The notes: a model not told the origin generated them from the letters alone. 64,000 nucleotides of DNA from an uncultured Rhodospirillaceae bacterium (GCA_964408735.1 CAYPAX010000007.1:1450-65449), one strand, 5' to 3'. Positions 9,395-20,269 are shown, counted from the first letter of the stretch. Program-made: numbers and translations.

Positions 9395-10132
9395 GCCGCG
9401 ATCGAACAGGGCCAGCATGCGCTGCCAGTGACGCTCGCCGGCCGGCTTGTTGTAGACCGGGCGCTGGGGAAAGGCGAAGCCGTGCTCGGTGCCGGGATAG
9501 ACCTCGATGCGGTGGTTGGTCCCCGCCGCCTCGAAAATGCCCGGCATGCGGTCCAATAGCTCCTGGGGCACGTAGGGATCGTCGGCGGCGAAGCCGAGAT
9601 AGAGCTCGCCCTTGATGCGGTCGGCCTTGAGGTGGGGCGAATCCGCTTTGTCTGTGACGATACCGACGCCGTAGAACGAAGCGATGGCGGCGAAGTCGTC
9701 CGCATACGCTGCTGCGACCGAGACCACGTACTGCCCGCTCATGCAATAGCCGACGCAGCCGATACCGCCGGCCGCCGCGGCCTCGGCGCTGCGGATATGC
9801 GCCAGCATGGGCCTGGTATCGGCGACCACGCGGGCATTGCCGAGGGTGTTCATGACATCGAACATCTTCTGGCGCTCGTCGTCGTCGCTGCGGATGCGCG
9901 CCAGGTCGAAGCCATAGGCGCCCTCGCGGCCATTGCGGTAGTACATGTTCGGCAGCACCACGAAATAGCCCACCGTCGCGATGCGCCGCGCCATGTCGCG
10001 CAGCTCCTCGCGGATGCCGGGCGCATCCATGTACAGGATTACCGCCGGATGCGGCCCGTCCTCGTCGGGATGGCAGACGAAGCAATCCATGGTGCCGTCG
10101 GCGGTCTCCAGCTCGGTCTCGTATTCGTACAT
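9383..10132 (-). CDS. Dienelactone hydrolase family protein
   Basis: 249 aa with a DLH-like alpha/beta fold and a CMSGQ nucleophile motif. Confidence 0.7.
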   Translation of the reverse strand: MYEYETELETADGTMDCFVCHPDEDGPHPAVILYMDAPGIREELRDMARRIATVGYFVVLPNMYYRNGREGAYGFDLARIRSDDDERQKMFDVMNTLGNARVVADTRPMLAHIRSAEAAAAGGIGCVGYCMSGQYVVSVAAAYADDFAAIASFYGVGIVTDKADSPHLKADRIKGELYLGFAADDPYVPQELLDRMPGIFEAAGTNHRIEVYPGTEHGFAFPQRPVYNKPAGERHWQRMLALFDRGLRA

Positions 10133-10302
10133 GTCCCTCTCCTCCCTGATTGGTCTGCGATAGCATGTCCTGCGCGCGGGCTCCAGCCGGCGTGCGTGCG
10201 GCAGTTTCGTTTGCCCACGGCGTGGCGGTCCGCTATGTCAGATAGAGCCGGCGCCGTAAGAGCGGCCGCCTTGACAGAGAATTTCCGGGGAGGAAATCGA
10301 CT

Positions 10303-10965
10303 ATGACCAAGATCTTCGGGCCGCAACAGCGCGCCATGCAGGACAAGTTCGACACCCGCCGCGTTGCCGATTTCATCGCCGGCGGCTTTATCGTCGACGA
10401 GATCAGCGAGGCCGACCAGGCCTTCATCGAGAGCCGCGACATGTTCTGGATGGCGACGATCGGCGAGGACGGCGCGCCGACGGTCTCCTATAAGGGCGGC
10501 GACGCCGGATTCCTCAAAGTGCTCGACAACAAGACCATCGCCTTCCCGAGCTATGACGGCAACGGCATGTTCTATTCGATGGGCAATATCGCCACCAGCG
10601 CCAAGATCGGCATGCTGTTCATCGACTTCGAGAATCCCATTCGCCTGCGCGTCCAGGGCACGGCGACGGTGTCCGACAACGACCCCCTGCTGAGCGAGTT
10701 CAAGGAAGCGCAGATGGTGGTGCGGGTCACGGTCGACGGCATGTGGCCCAACTGCCCGCGCTATGTCCATCGCATGCAGAAAGTCACGCCGTCGCGCTAT
10801 GTGCCGCGCGAGGGTGCGGATACGCCGCTGGCCGGCTGGAAGCGCATCGACATCGCGCAGGAAGTCTTGCCCGCCGCCGACCAGGGCCGGGCCGAGGCCG
10901 AAGGCGGCCAAATCACCGTCGAGGATTGGTTCGGCAAGGTCGCGACCGGCGACCCCGAAGCCTGA
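10303..10965 (+). CDS. Pyridoxamine 5'-phosphate oxidase-family FMN-binding protein
   Basis: Split-barrel PNPOx-like pattern (FWMATIGEDGAPTVSYKGG). Confidence 0.6.
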   Translation: MTKIFGPQQRAMQDKFDTRRVADFIAGGFIVDEISEADQAFIESRDMFWMATIGEDGAPTVSYKGGDAGFLKVLDNKTIAFPSYDGNGMFYSMGNIATSAKIGMLFIDFENPIRLRVQGTATVSDNDPLLSEFKEAQMVVRVTVDGMWPNCPRYVHRMQKVTPSRYVPREGADTPLAGWKRIDIAQEVLPAADQGRAEAEGGQITVEDWFGKVATGDPEA

Positions 10966-10972
10966 CCGAGGT

Positions 10973-11005
10973 CCTGCCGTCCCCGCGTCTTGCGGGGACG
11001 GCAGG
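10973..11005 (+). terminator. GC-rich hairpin with a 14-bp stem (CCTGCCGTCCCCGC/GCGGGGACGGCAGG) between the PNPOx-like gene and panE
   Basis: Perfect inverted repeat with a 5-nt loop and no U-tract. It may act as a terminator or a stability element. Confidence 0.35.
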
Positions 11006-11018
11006 TCAAGGAGCTCAA

Positions 11019-11945
11019 ATGAAGATCGCAGTGGTAGGCGCCGGCGCCATGGGCTCGGTCTATGCGGCCCTGTTGGCCAAGGCCGGCAACGAGGTCTGGG
11101 CAGTCGACGTCTGGCAGGAGCATATCGAGGCGATTCGCGAGGGCGGCCTGCACATCGAAGGCGCCAGCGGCGACAACACGGTGGCGGTCAATGCCACCAC
11201 CGAGGCGGCCGAGGTCGGCACCTGCGATCTGGTGATCCTGGCCACCAAGGCGCGCCATGTCGCGAACGCCGCCGAGAGCATCAGGGCCATGCTGGCGCCG
11301 GAGGCCTCGGTGCTGACCATCCAGAACGGGCTAGGCAGTGGCGATGCGGCCGCCGCGGCGCTTGGGCCCGAGCGCGTGAGCATCGGTGTCGCCGGCGGCT
11401 TCGGCGCCAAGATGCTCGGCCCCGGCCATGCCCGCCACGAAGGCATGGAGCTGATCCGGCTCGGCGAGATGGAAGGCCCCGTGACGCCGCGCCTCGCAGC
11501 CATTGCCGCCGTTTGGAGCGAGGCCGGCTTCAAGGTCAAATGCTTCGACGACATCCACCAGCTGATCTGGGAGAAGCTGATCTGCAACGGCACTTTCAGC
11601 GCCGTCTGCACGCTGAGCGGCCTGACCGCGGGCGGCGTGCTCGACGACCCTGACGCCTGGGCCGTGGCCTCGGCCTGCGCGACGGAGGGCGCGGCGGTGG
11701 CACGGGCCAAGGGAATCACCCTCGATTTCGACGATCCGGTGGCCTACGTGCACGCTTTCGGAGCCAAGATCCGCGGCGGCAGACCGTCCATGTGGCAGGA
11801 CATGGATGCCGGGCGTCCGGGCGAGATCGACGCCATCAACGGCGCCATCGCCGCCGCCGGCAAGGCCGCGGGCGTGGCCACCCCGACCCACGATACGCTG
11901 ACCGCGCTGGTGCGCGCCGCCGAGGTTGCCCGCGGCATTCGGTAA
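11019..11945 (+). CDS. panE: 2-Dehydropantoate 2-reductase
   Basis: N-terminal Rossmann motif VVGAGAMGS and the ApbA/PanE fold. AAGGAG RBS 6 nt upstream of the ATG. Confidence 0.8.
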   Translation: MKIAVVGAGAMGSVYAALLAKAGNEVWAVDVWQEHIEAIREGGLHIEGASGDNTVAVNATTEAAEVGTCDLVILATKARHVANAAESIRAMLAPEASVLTIQNGLGSGDAAAAALGPERVSIGVAGGFGAKMLGPGHARHEGMELIRLGEMEGPVTPRLAAIAAVWSEAGFKVKCFDDIHQLIWEKLICNGTFSAVCTLSGLTAGGVLDDPDAWAVASACATEGAAVARAKGITLDFDDPVAYVHAFGAKIRGGRPSMWQDMDAGRPGEIDAINGAIAAAGKAAGVATPTHDTLTALVRAAEVARGIR

Positions 11946-12443
11946 GGCCGAGCCAGGCTCGGCACACGCCAAGTCCCGCGCCAGACGGCGCTGCCGTCGC
12001 CCGGCTGCAATGGCGAGGCCGTATCGATCTCGGCCTCGCCGGCAAGTCCCGCCAGGCGGCCCGTGCCGCCGAGCCAGACGGCCCTGCCGCGGCAGCGGTC
12101 GGCGACGGTGCGGCAGTGCCACTCGGCAACGGCGGTGTCGCGCTCCGGCGTAGCGAACAGGCAACGGCCGCGCATCGCCTCGCCGCGCCCTTCGAACTCG
12201 CAGACGACCTCCGCTTCGGCAAAGCGGGCGTCCGAGCCTTCGCTGACCAGGCCCGACCAGGTGCCATGGAACTGCGCCTCCTCGACGGTGACTTCCGGCG
12301 CGCCCGCGAAGGCGATGCGCAGCTCGTCGGCTGCCATGGCAGGGCAAGCGAGGAGCAGCCCTATCGCGCACAAAGACATCGTGCCGCATTGCGGCAACAG
12401 CGAAAATTTGGCATGAGGGGGCGTCGTCTCCGCCCTTCCTCCG

Positions 12444-14174
12444 GTGCACTCCGTCATGCTCATCCTCGGCGTTCATTCCGGCCACCACGATGCCGTGGCG
12501 GTCCTCTTCGAGGACTATGCCATGCGCGCGGCCATTCAGCTCGAACGCCTGACCCGGCGCAAGATCGATGGCGGGCGCATTCCCGACGAGGCGATCGATG
12601 CCTGCCTCGAATCGGTTGGTGCACGCCGCGCCGATGTTGATGCGGTGGTGCTCGGCCGGGCGGTCTTTCCCTGGCGCCATTTCCGCCACTTCAGCGGCGG
12701 CCGCTGGGTCGAGGGCAAAGTGCGCCAGGCGATTGGCAAGGAAAAGCACAAGAGCATGGAGCGCGAGCTGATCCGCGCTGGCACCTCGGATGCCTTGGCG
12801 CTGTTCGATGCCGGGCGCTTCAAGGCCGAGCAGGGCTTGCGCGCCGAAATCCCGCTCAGCTTCTACAATCACCATCTGGCGCATGCCTTGCCCTGCCTGT
12901 TCCACACCGAGTGGGACGAGGCCCTGCTCTGTACCGCCGACGGCGGCGGCGACAACGTGCAATACAGCCATCGCATCTTTCGTGACGGTGCCATCGAGAC
13001 CCTGCATGGCGGCGAGGACGGTCTTCTCGCACCGTTGCGGATCGATAGTTTAGGCCTAGCCTATGGCTATGCCACCCAGGCGCTCGGCTACCGCATGAAC
13101 CGGCACGAAGGCAAGCTGACCGGCCTTGCCGCCTTCGGCGAGCCGACGCTGTACAAGCCGTTAGCCGAGCACTTCTCTGTCGATGACCAAGGCCGTATCG
13201 ACAGCGATTTCGAGAGCTACACGGCGATGCGCAAATGCGTCTTCGCCCTGGCGGAGGGCGCCAAGCCGGCCGATGTCGCGGCCTCGGTGCAAACCTTGCT
13301 GGAAGAGTGCATGCTGACCTCGGTGCGGCGCCTGCTGGCGCGCCAACCTGTGCGCAATCTGGGTCTTGCCGGCGGCGTCTTCGGCAATGTGCGGCTCAAC
13401 CAACGCCTGGCCGAGGAGACCGGTGTCGACGAGGTCTTCGTCTACCCTGCCATGAGCGATGCCGGCCTGGCGGCGGGCGGCGTGCTCGATTTCCTGCTTG
13501 CCCGCGACGGGATGGCGCACTGGCTGGCCAGCCGCCGGCGCCTCGACGCCCTCTATCTCGGTACCGATTGGGGCGAGGGCGCCGACACTGTCTTTGCAGC
13601 GGACGCGCGCATCGAGGCCCTTCCCGGCGCGCCGGTCGAGACAGCGGCGCAACTGCTCGCCGAGGGTGCTGCCGTTGCCATCTTCACTCATGGCGGCGAA
13701 TACGGGCCGAGGGCGCTAGGCGCGCGCAGCATCCTGGCGGCGCCGACCGACAGCGCCATCAACGACGTTCTCAACGCGCGGCTCGGGCGCACGGAGTTCA
13801 TGCCTTTCGCGCCCGTGGTCGCGGCGGAGGATGCCAACGATATATTCGAGCTGGGCGACGGCCTCGCCTATGCCGCCCGCTTCATGACCATCACCTGCGC
13901 CGTGCGCCCCGACTGGCGCCAGCGCGTTCCCGCCGTGGTCCATGTCGATGGTACCGCCCGGCCGCAAGTGATCGAGCGCGCGCCCAACCCGCTCTATTAC
14001 GATATCCTCGCCGCCTATAAGCGCCTCAGCGGCATTCCGGTGCTGATCAACACCAGCTTCAACGCCCACGAAGAGCCGATCATCAACACGCCCGAGGAAT
14101 GTGCCCAGGCGCTGGCCGACGATCGCGTGGATTACGTCGTCAGCGAAGGCGCGGTGTATCGCCGGATACGCTAG
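12444..14174 (+). CDS. Carbamoyltransferase (NodU/CmcH family)
   Basis: 576 aa. The N-terminal ASKHA/Kae1-like domain and C-terminal carbamoyltransferase domain are colinear with NodU-type enzymes. Confidence 0.7.
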   Translation: MHSVMLILGVHSGHHDAVAVLFEDYAMRAAIQLERLTRRKIDGGRIPDEAIDACLESVGARRADVDAVVLGRAVFPWRHFRHFSGGRWVEGKVRQAIGKEKHKSMERELIRAGTSDALALFDAGRFKAEQGLRAEIPLSFYNHHLAHALPCLFHTEWDEALLCTADGGGDNVQYSHRIFRDGAIETLHGGEDGLLAPLRIDSLGLAYGYATQALGYRMNRHEGKLTGLAAFGEPTLYKPLAEHFSVDDQGRIDSDFESYTAMRKCVFALAEGAKPADVAASVQTLLEECMLTSVRRLLARQPVRNLGLAGGVFGNVRLNQRLAEETGVDEVFVYPAMSDAGLAAGGVLDFLLARDGMAHWLASRRRLDALYLGTDWGEGADTVFAADARIEALPGAPVETAAQLLAEGAAVAIFTHGGEYGPRALGARSILAAPTDSAINDVLNARLGRTEFMPFAPVVAAEDANDIFELGDGLAYAARFMTITCAVRPDWRQRVPAVVHVDGTARPQVIERAPNPLYYDILAAYKRLSGIPVLINTSFNAHEEPIINTPEECAQALADDRVDYVVSEGAVYRRIR

Positions 14175-15241
14175 CCGGCCGCCGTCACCAGCGCTGGCGC
14201 GGCGGCGACGCGGTTGCGGCCCTGGTTCTTGGCCTCGTAGAGCGCCTTGTCGGCAGCGGCCAGCAAGATAGCGGAGTCGATTGCCATGGTCGGCTCGGCA
14301 CTGGCAACGCCGACGCTCACCGTGACCACGCCGGCGCCGGTGCGCGACGTGCTGTGGCCGACGCCCTTGTCCTGCACGCTTTGCCGCATCGCTTCGGCCA
14401 CCTGCAAGGCACCCTCCATGGGCGTGTCGGGGAGGACCACGAGAAACTCCTCGCCGCCGTAGCGACCCACCATATCGGCGCCGCGGTTGAGGCAATCCTT
14501 GAGGCTGAGCGCGATCATCCAGAGACATTCGTCACCGGCCTGATGGCCCTGGCTGTCGTTGAAGTTCTTGAAATCGTCGACGTCGATCATGACCAGGGAC
14601 AGGCAGCCCTCCTCGCGCGCCGCGCGGCGCCATTCCATGTCGAAAAAATCGTTCAGCCCGCGCCGGTTGGCGACACCTGTCAGAGCGTCGCGCGTGGACA
14701 ACAGCTGCAAGCGCTCATTGGTCTGCTGCAAGACCTCGGTGACCTTGATCAGCTCCTTTTCGCGCTTTTCCAGCTCGTCTTCGCGCTCAACACGGATCAG
14801 CATCGAGCGCCGCCAGCCCAGCGCCGCGCTGATGCGGGCCTCGAGCTCGTAATCGGCGACTGGCTTGGTGATGAAGTCGGCGGCCCCGGCATCGAAGGCT
14901 TCCTTTAGGGTCGCGGCGTCGGAGAGCGAGGTGACGATGATAATGGGAACCAAGGCCAGGGCCGGCGAGGCGGCAAGGCGGCGGCAAAGATCGATGCCGT
15001 TGCTGTCCCCCAGGATCACGTCCATCAGGATCAGGTCGACGGCTTGCGTCTTCGGGCCCGGCTCGGGATAGCCGACGATGGCGAAGGCTTCCTCGGCCGA
15101 GGCGGCGGAACAAACGCCGCCGGCACCCATGCTTTCCAGCATGGCGGCCACGATATGCCGCTGCGTGGCATCGTCCTCGACCAACAGCACGTTGGCTTCG
15201 GAGATATTGCCCGACAGTCTGATGCCGTAACCAGGAGCCAT
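14171..15241 (-). CDS. Response regulator receiver + GGDEF diguanylate cyclase (PleD-like)
   Basis: REC domain (LLVEDD...DLILMD) followed by a GGDEF domain with an intact GGEEF motif. Start placed at MAPGYGI. Confidence 0.8.
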   Translation of the reverse strand: MAPGYGIRLSGNISEANVLLVEDDATQRHIVAAMLESMGAGGVCSAASAEEAFAIVGYPEPGPKTQAVDLILMDVILGDSNGIDLCRRLAASPALALVPIIIVTSLSDAATLKEAFDAGAADFITKPVADYELEARISAALGWRRSMLIRVEREDELEKREKELIKVTEVLQQTNERLQLLSTRDALTGVANRRGLNDFFDMEWRRAAREEGCLSLVMIDVDDFKNFNDSQGHQAGDECLWMIALSLKDCLNRGADMVGRYGGEEFLVVLPDTPMEGALQVAEAMRQSVQDKGVGHSTSRTGAGVVTVSVGVASAEPTMAIDSAILLAAADKALYEAKNQGRNRVAAAPALVTAAG

Positions 15242-15420
15242 GTTATCCAGTCTCCTTCCAGAGAGGCCCCCACCCCAATGCGGCAAGTCCTATAGCACCG
15301 AAGTCACTTCAAGGTCTTGCAAAAACCCCCATGATCGGCACCCCACATGGCGCGTAGCGGAGCCGGCGGTCCCATGATAACGTCGCCGCCTTGGGAAGGG
15401 TTCACCGGTGAGGAGCGGCC

Positions 15421-16593
15421 ATGCCAGTCGTCAATCGGATCGCGGCATTCCACGACGTCATGCGCGAATGGCGCCACGACATTCATCGCCATCCGGAGTT
15501 GGCCTACGAGGAGCAGCGCACTGCCTCTGTGGTGGCCGAGCGCCTGCGCGAATTCGGCTTGGACGAGGTAACCGAAGGCATTGGCAAGACCGGCGTCGTC
15601 GGGGTCATCCGCAATGGCGAAGGACCTTCCATCGGCCTGCGCGCCGACATGGACGCCTTGCCGATCACCGAGCTGACGGGACTGTCGTACCAGTCCACCA
15701 AGGAAGGGCTGATGCATGCCTGCGGCCATGACGGCCATACGGCGATGCTGCTCGGCGCGGCACGGTACCTGTCGGAGAACCGCAATTTCGACGGCACGGT
15801 GGTGTTCGTCTTCCAGCCCGCGGAAGAAGGCTTCGCCGGTGCCAAGGCGATGATCGATGACGGTCTGTTCGAGCGCTACCCGGTGGATTCGATCTACGGC
15901 GTCCACAACATGCCCGGCCTGCCGACAGGCACCATCGCTCTGTCGCCCGGCCCGGTCATGGCGGCGGCGGATTCGTTCAGCATCACGGTCCAGGGCAAGG
16001 GCGGCCACGGCGCCATGCCGCACATGGCTGTCGATCCGGTGCCTGCCGCCGCGGCAATGATCTCGGCGCTGCAGGGCATCGTCTCGCGCAATGCCGATCC
16101 CTCGGCGACCCTGGTGATCTCGGTGACCACGCTGCATGCGGGCGACGCCTTCAACGTGATCCCCGATACGGTCGAGTTCGGCGGCACGGTGCGCCACTTC
16201 GACAGCGCCGTCGGCGAAATGGCGGAGCGGCGCATGCGCGAGGTGGTCGAAGGCGTCGCCGCCGCGCACGGCGCGGGGATCGCCTTTTCCTACCGCAAGG
16301 GCTATCCGCCGACCGTCAACCACAGCGAGGAAACGGCCTTCGCGCGCGAGGTCGCGGCCGACGTGCTGGGCTCGGAATCGCCCGAGCAGCCCCGCGTCAT
16401 GGGCTCGGAGGATTTCTCCTTCTTCCTCGACGAAAAGCCGGGGGCCTATGCTTTTGTCGGCAATGGCGACGGCCCCGCCTGCGTCACGGTGCACAATCCC
16501 CATTACGACTTCAACGACGAGATCCTGCCGGTGGGTGCAAGCTTTTTCGCGCGCTTGGTGGAGACCGCACTGCCCCGCACTCCGGTGGCCTGA
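15421..16593 (+). CDS. M20-family amidohydrolase (hippurate hydrolase / N-acyl-amino-acid amidohydrolase type)
   Basis: Metal-binding motifs HACGHDGH and QPAEEG. 390 aa. GGAG RBS. Confidence 0.8.
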   Translation: MPVVNRIAAFHDVMREWRHDIHRHPELAYEEQRTASVVAERLREFGLDEVTEGIGKTGVVGVIRNGEGPSIGLRADMDALPITELTGLSYQSTKEGLMHACGHDGHTAMLLGAARYLSENRNFDGTVVFVFQPAEEGFAGAKAMIDDGLFERYPVDSIYGVHNMPGLPTGTIALSPGPVMAAADSFSITVQGKGGHGAMPHMAVDPVPAAAAMISALQGIVSRNADPSATLVISVTTLHAGDAFNVIPDTVEFGGTVRHFDSAVGEMAERRMREVVEGVAAAHGAGIAFSYRKGYPPTVNHSEETAFAREVAADVLGSESPEQPRVMGSEDFSFFLDEKPGAYAFVGNGDGPACVTVHNPHYDFNDEILPVGASFFARLVETALPRTPVA

Positions 16594-16609
16594 GCGGGCA
16601 TACGCAGCA

Positions 16610-17410
16610 ATGCCGAGATTCGCCGCCAACCTGTCCACCATGTTCACGGAGCTGGATTTTCTCGAACGCTTCCGGGCGGCGGCGAATTGCGGCTTCCCCG
16701 CTGTCGAGTTTCAGTTTCCCTATCAATGGCGGGTGGGAGAGATCGCCGAGCAGCTCTTCAACAACGGCTTGGAGCTGGTGCTGTTCAACGTGCCGCCAGG
16801 AGACCTGGCGGCGGGCGAGCGCGGGCTTGGCGCGGTGCCCGGGCGCGAGGCGGATTTTCGCGATGGCGTGCAGCGCTCGCTCGACTATGCCGAGAGCCTG
16901 CGGTGTTCGCGTCTGCACGTGATGGCGGGCATGGTCGGGGCGGATGGCGACGCCGCGGCGGCGCATGCCTGTTTTGTCGAAAACCTGCGCTGGGCGGCAG
17001 CGGAATGCGCCGGGCGCGGCGTGCGGGCGTTGCTCGAGCCGATCAATACCAAGCACGACATACCGGGCTATTTCCTCGACACGATAGACCAGGCGCGCGC
17101 CATCATGGACGAGGTCGCGAGCGACAATCTGTTCCTCCAGTTCGACTTCTATCACCGCCAGATCATGGGCGGCGATCTGGCAACGGCCTTCGAGGCGGCG
17201 CTGCCGACCATCGATCATATCCAGATCGCCGGGGTTCCCGGCCGCCACGAGCCGGACAATGGCGAGATCAACTACCCCTATTTGTTCAATCTGATCGACA
17301 GCCTCGGCTACCGCGGCTGGATCGGTTGCGAGTACAGCCCCGCCGGCGCCACCCGCGATGGTCTTGCCTGGGCCTTCGATTATGGCATTAGTGGTCACGG
17401 CGGCGGTTGA
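16610..17410 (+). CDS. hyi: Hydroxypyruvate isomerase-family sugar phosphate isomerase/epimerase (TIM barrel)
   Basis: 266 aa from MPRFAANLSTMFTE, a Hyi-like sequence. Confidence 0.7.
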   Translation: MPRFAANLSTMFTELDFLERFRAAANCGFPAVEFQFPYQWRVGEIAEQLFNNGLELVLFNVPPGDLAAGERGLGAVPGREADFRDGVQRSLDYAESLRCSRLHVMAGMVGADGDAAAAHACFVENLRWAAAECAGRGVRALLEPINTKHDIPGYFLDTIDQARAIMDEVASDNLFLQFDFYHRQIMGGDLATAFEAALPTIDHIQIAGVPGRHEPDNGEINYPYLFNLIDSLGYRGWIGCEYSPAGATRDGLAWAFDYGISGHGGG

Positions 17411-17433
17411 ACAGGGTAGAATGATGCCAAGGG

Positions 17434-18654
17434 GTGAGTGGCCGCGGTATCGGCAGAGAGGACTGTGACGTGGGCATTTCGAGCGACGACCTGCAAAGGC
17501 TGCGTGACGCTTCGACGCCTGAGCTGCGCGGCCGCATTGCCGGCCAGATCGGCGCCGAATTCTCGTCCGGCGACCTGACGCCACGGGCGCGTTCCGATGC
17601 GATCGCCATTTTCCGGGCCCTGCTTGAGGATGTCGAGGTGGAGGTCCGCCGCAGCATGTCGCAGGCCTTGGCGCGCACGCCCGATCTGCCGAGCGACATC
17701 GCCAAGCGCCTGGCGCGCGACGTGCTGGAGGTCTCCCAGCCTGTCATCGAGCTCTCGGACGCGCTCAGCGAGGACGATCTGGTCGAGATCGTCGAGAACC
17801 CTGTGCCCCAGGAGCTGCGGCAAAATTACGGGGTCGGCGAACGCTCGTCGCTGGTGGTCGAGATCGAGCGCCGGCTCAACTCCGTGGCCCGGCGCCAATC
17901 CATATCCGGGCGCTTGAGCGACAAGCTCGTCGATCACGGCAGTCCGAGCGTGGTGGCGACCCTGCTTTCTAATCCCGGCGCCACCATAGAAGAGCCGACC
18001 GCGCACAAGGCGATCGACCGCTTCGGCAACGACAACGCCGTGCAGGCCGCATTCGCGACCCGCGACAGCGTGCCGGTAGCGGTGGTAGAGCGCCTGCTCT
18101 TCGTGGTCTCGGTGGCGGTGCGGGACACGCTTTGCACCAAGCACCAGGTGCCGCCGGCAGTCGTCGCAAGCGTCTCGCAGCAGGTCAAGGAACGCGCCAC
18201 CATGGCCCTGCTCACGGACCGCTCCGTGGGCGGCGCGAGACGGCTCGTCGATACCTTGGCGAGCCAGGACCGGCTGACGGCGACGCTGATCCTGCGCGGC
18301 ATTTGCACCGGCTGCTTCGCCTTTGTCGAGCATGGTCTGGCCAGCATGGCCGGCAGCCCGGTCGAGGTGGTGCGCAGCAGCCTGCGCCACGGCGGCGAGC
18401 GCGACCTGGCAGCACTCTATCGCGACGCCCACGTGCCCGCCCAGGTCATCCCGGCCTTGGACCGCGCCATCGCCGTGGCCTATCGCGATGGCGTGCCGGC
18501 GGACCCGGACGACGTCGAAGCCTACAGCACGCACATGCTGGGCGCGCTCAGCCCCGTCGTCACCGAAGGCAAGGATGCCTTGCCGGCCGGCGCCATCGCC
18601 GACATCGACGCGGTGATCGCCCATGTCGGGCGTGGCCTCACAGCGCCGGAGTAA
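17434..18654 (+). CDS. DUF2336 domain-containing protein
   Basis: About 400 aa helical-repeat protein characteristic of alphaproteobacteria. The start is uncertain; ATG 17434 and GTG 17470 are both possible. Confidence 0.55.
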   Translation: MSGRGIGREDCDVGISSDDLQRLRDASTPELRGRIAGQIGAEFSSGDLTPRARSDAIAIFRALLEDVEVEVRRSMSQALARTPDLPSDIAKRLARDVLEVSQPVIELSDALSEDDLVEIVENPVPQELRQNYGVGERSSLVVEIERRLNSVARRQSISGRLSDKLVDHGSPSVVATLLSNPGATIEEPTAHKAIDRFGNDNAVQAAFATRDSVPVAVVERLLFVVSVAVRDTLCTKHQVPPAVVASVSQQVKERATMALLTDRSVGGARRLVDTLASQDRLTATLILRGICTGCFAFVEHGLASMAGSPVEVVRSSLRHGGERDLAALYRDAHVPAQVIPALDRAIAVAYRDGVPADPDDVEAYSTHMLGALSPVVTEGKDALPAGAIADIDAVIAHVGRGLTAPE

Positions 18655-18696
18655 CCGGCGGGGCGCGAAACGACCGGATTGACAGAGGTGGAAATC

Positions 18697-19392
18697 ATGT
18701 CTGCCGATACCGCTCCCGATGTGGGAGACACCGCACCCGCCTTCACACTGGCCGCTGTCAACCGGGACGGCGACATCAGCTTGGCCGACTACAAGGAGCG
18801 ACAGGCGCTTCTGCTGGGCCTGTTTCGCGGTCTGCATTGCCCCTTCTGCCGCCGCCAAGTCGCTCAGATGAACCGCCAAGCGGAGCAACTGGAGGGACTG
18901 GGTGTCGTGCCGCTCGCCGTTCTCAACACCGACCTCGCGCACGCCAAGGCCTATTACGGCAGGCTCGGATTTGGCTTGGCGCTCGCGGTCGATCCCGAGT
19001 GGGACACCCATCGCCGCTATGGCCTGACGGAGACCAAGATTGGCCTCGGCAAGACCGATTGGCCGAGAAAGGTCAATCCGCTGGATCTCATGCGTGTGAA
19101 GATCGGGCCGGAGGACGGCCCACCGAAATCGCTGACATTCATGCGCGCTTCCGCCGCCATGGACCGGGCCGAAGGCTATAAGCCGCGGCTGGCGGATAAG
19201 GCCGGGCAAATAAAGAACGGCCTCACCAATTCCGGTTACGTCCTCATGGATCGGATGGGAATCATCCGTTGGCGGTGGGTCGAGGGCAGCGAGAGCCAGA
19301 ACGAGATGTTCAAGTTCCCATCATCGGACACTGTCGTCGCCGCGATATCGCAAGCGCTAAGCGAGGCGCCGTCCGGATCCGCGACGCCATAG
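18697..19392 (+). CDS. Redoxin (AhpC/TSA-like thiol peroxidase) family protein
   Basis: CPFC motif. GAGGTGGA RBS ahead of ATG 18697. Confidence 0.6.
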   Translation: MSADTAPDVGDTAPAFTLAAVNRDGDISLADYKERQALLLGLFRGLHCPFCRRQVAQMNRQAEQLEGLGVVPLAVLNTDLAHAKAYYGRLGFGLALAVDPEWDTHRRYGLTETKIGLGKTDWPRKVNPLDLMRVKIGPEDGPPKSLTFMRASAAMDRAEGYKPRLADKAGQIKNGLTNSGYVLMDRMGIIRWRWVEGSESQNEMFKFPSSDTVVAAISQALSEAPSGSATP

Positions 19393-19399
19393 CCAGCTT

Positions 19400-20269
19400 G
19401 TGAGCAAACCCGTCGCCATCGTCACCGGCGCCAATGCGGGGCTTGGCAAGGAGACCGTGATCGGCCTGGCGAAGACGGGGCTGACGGTGGTCATGGCCTG
19501 TCGCGGCCTCGCGCGCGGGGAGGCCGCCAGGGCCGAGATTCTGGAACGCCTGCCCAGGGCCGATCTGGCGGTCATGGAACTGGATCTGGCGAGCCTGGCT
19601 TCGGTCAGGGCCTTTGCCGCGGCATTCCGCGAAGCCCAACCAAAGCTCGATCTGCTGATCAACAATGCCGGCATCATGGTGCCGCCGCCCGGCCGCAGCG
19701 AGGACGGCTTCGAGATCCAGATGGCGGCGAACTATTTCGGCCACTTTCTGCTCACGGCGCTGCTCATCGACAGCATGCCGGACAGCCGGCGAAGCCGCGT
19801 CGTCTCGCTGGCCAGCATCGCCCACAAGAGCGGGCGCATCCGTCTCGACGGCCTGGCGAGCGCGGGCGATTACGGCCAAAGCAAGCTCGCCTGCCTGATG
19901 TTCGCCTTCGAGCTCGACCGCAGGCTGAAGCGTGCCGGATGGAAGATCCTCTCTGTGGCCGCCCATCCCGGCGTTTCGCTGACACCGCTGGTGCGGCATA
20001 TGAACCCGGTGCTGATCGCGCTGCTCCGCGCCACCGTCGCGCCGGTGCTATTCCACTCGGCGGCGCGGGGGGCGGAATCGACCCTATTGGCGGCGCTCGG
20101 CCGCAAGGTAGAGGGCGGCCAGTATTACGGCCCGCAAGGGCTCATGGAGATGCGTGGGCGCCCCGGCCTCGCCCGCATCGCACCCCAGGCCAGGGACGAG
20201 GCCATAGCTGGCCGGCTCTGGGAGCAGTCCGAGGCGCTGACGGGAGCGGCCTTTCCGTTCGACGCTTAG
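19400..20269 (+). CDS. SDR-family oxidoreductase
   Basis: TGANAGLG Rossmann motif and NNAG. GTG start. Confidence 0.7.
   Translation: MSKPVAIVTGANAGLGKETVIGLAKTGLTVVMACRGLARGEAARAEILERLPRADLAVMELDLASLASVRAFAAAFREAQPKLDLLINNAGIMVPPPGRSEDGFEIQMAANYFGHFLLTALLIDSMPDSRRSRVVSLASIAHKSGRIRLDGLASAGDYGQSKLACLMFAFELDRRLKRAGWKILSVAAHPGVSLTPLVRHMNPVLIALLRATVAPVLFHSAARGAESTLLAALGRKVEGGQYYGPQGLMEMRGRPGLARIAPQARDEAIAGRLWEQSEALTGAAFPFDA

Noticed and set aside
11744-12379. Minus-strand ORF whose internal start gives a convincing signal peptide (MSLCAIGLLLACPAMAADE...)
   Set aside because: It overlaps the 3' 200 bp of panE on the opposite strand and matches no family. It may be real if its true stop is elsewhere, but I did not call it as a feature.
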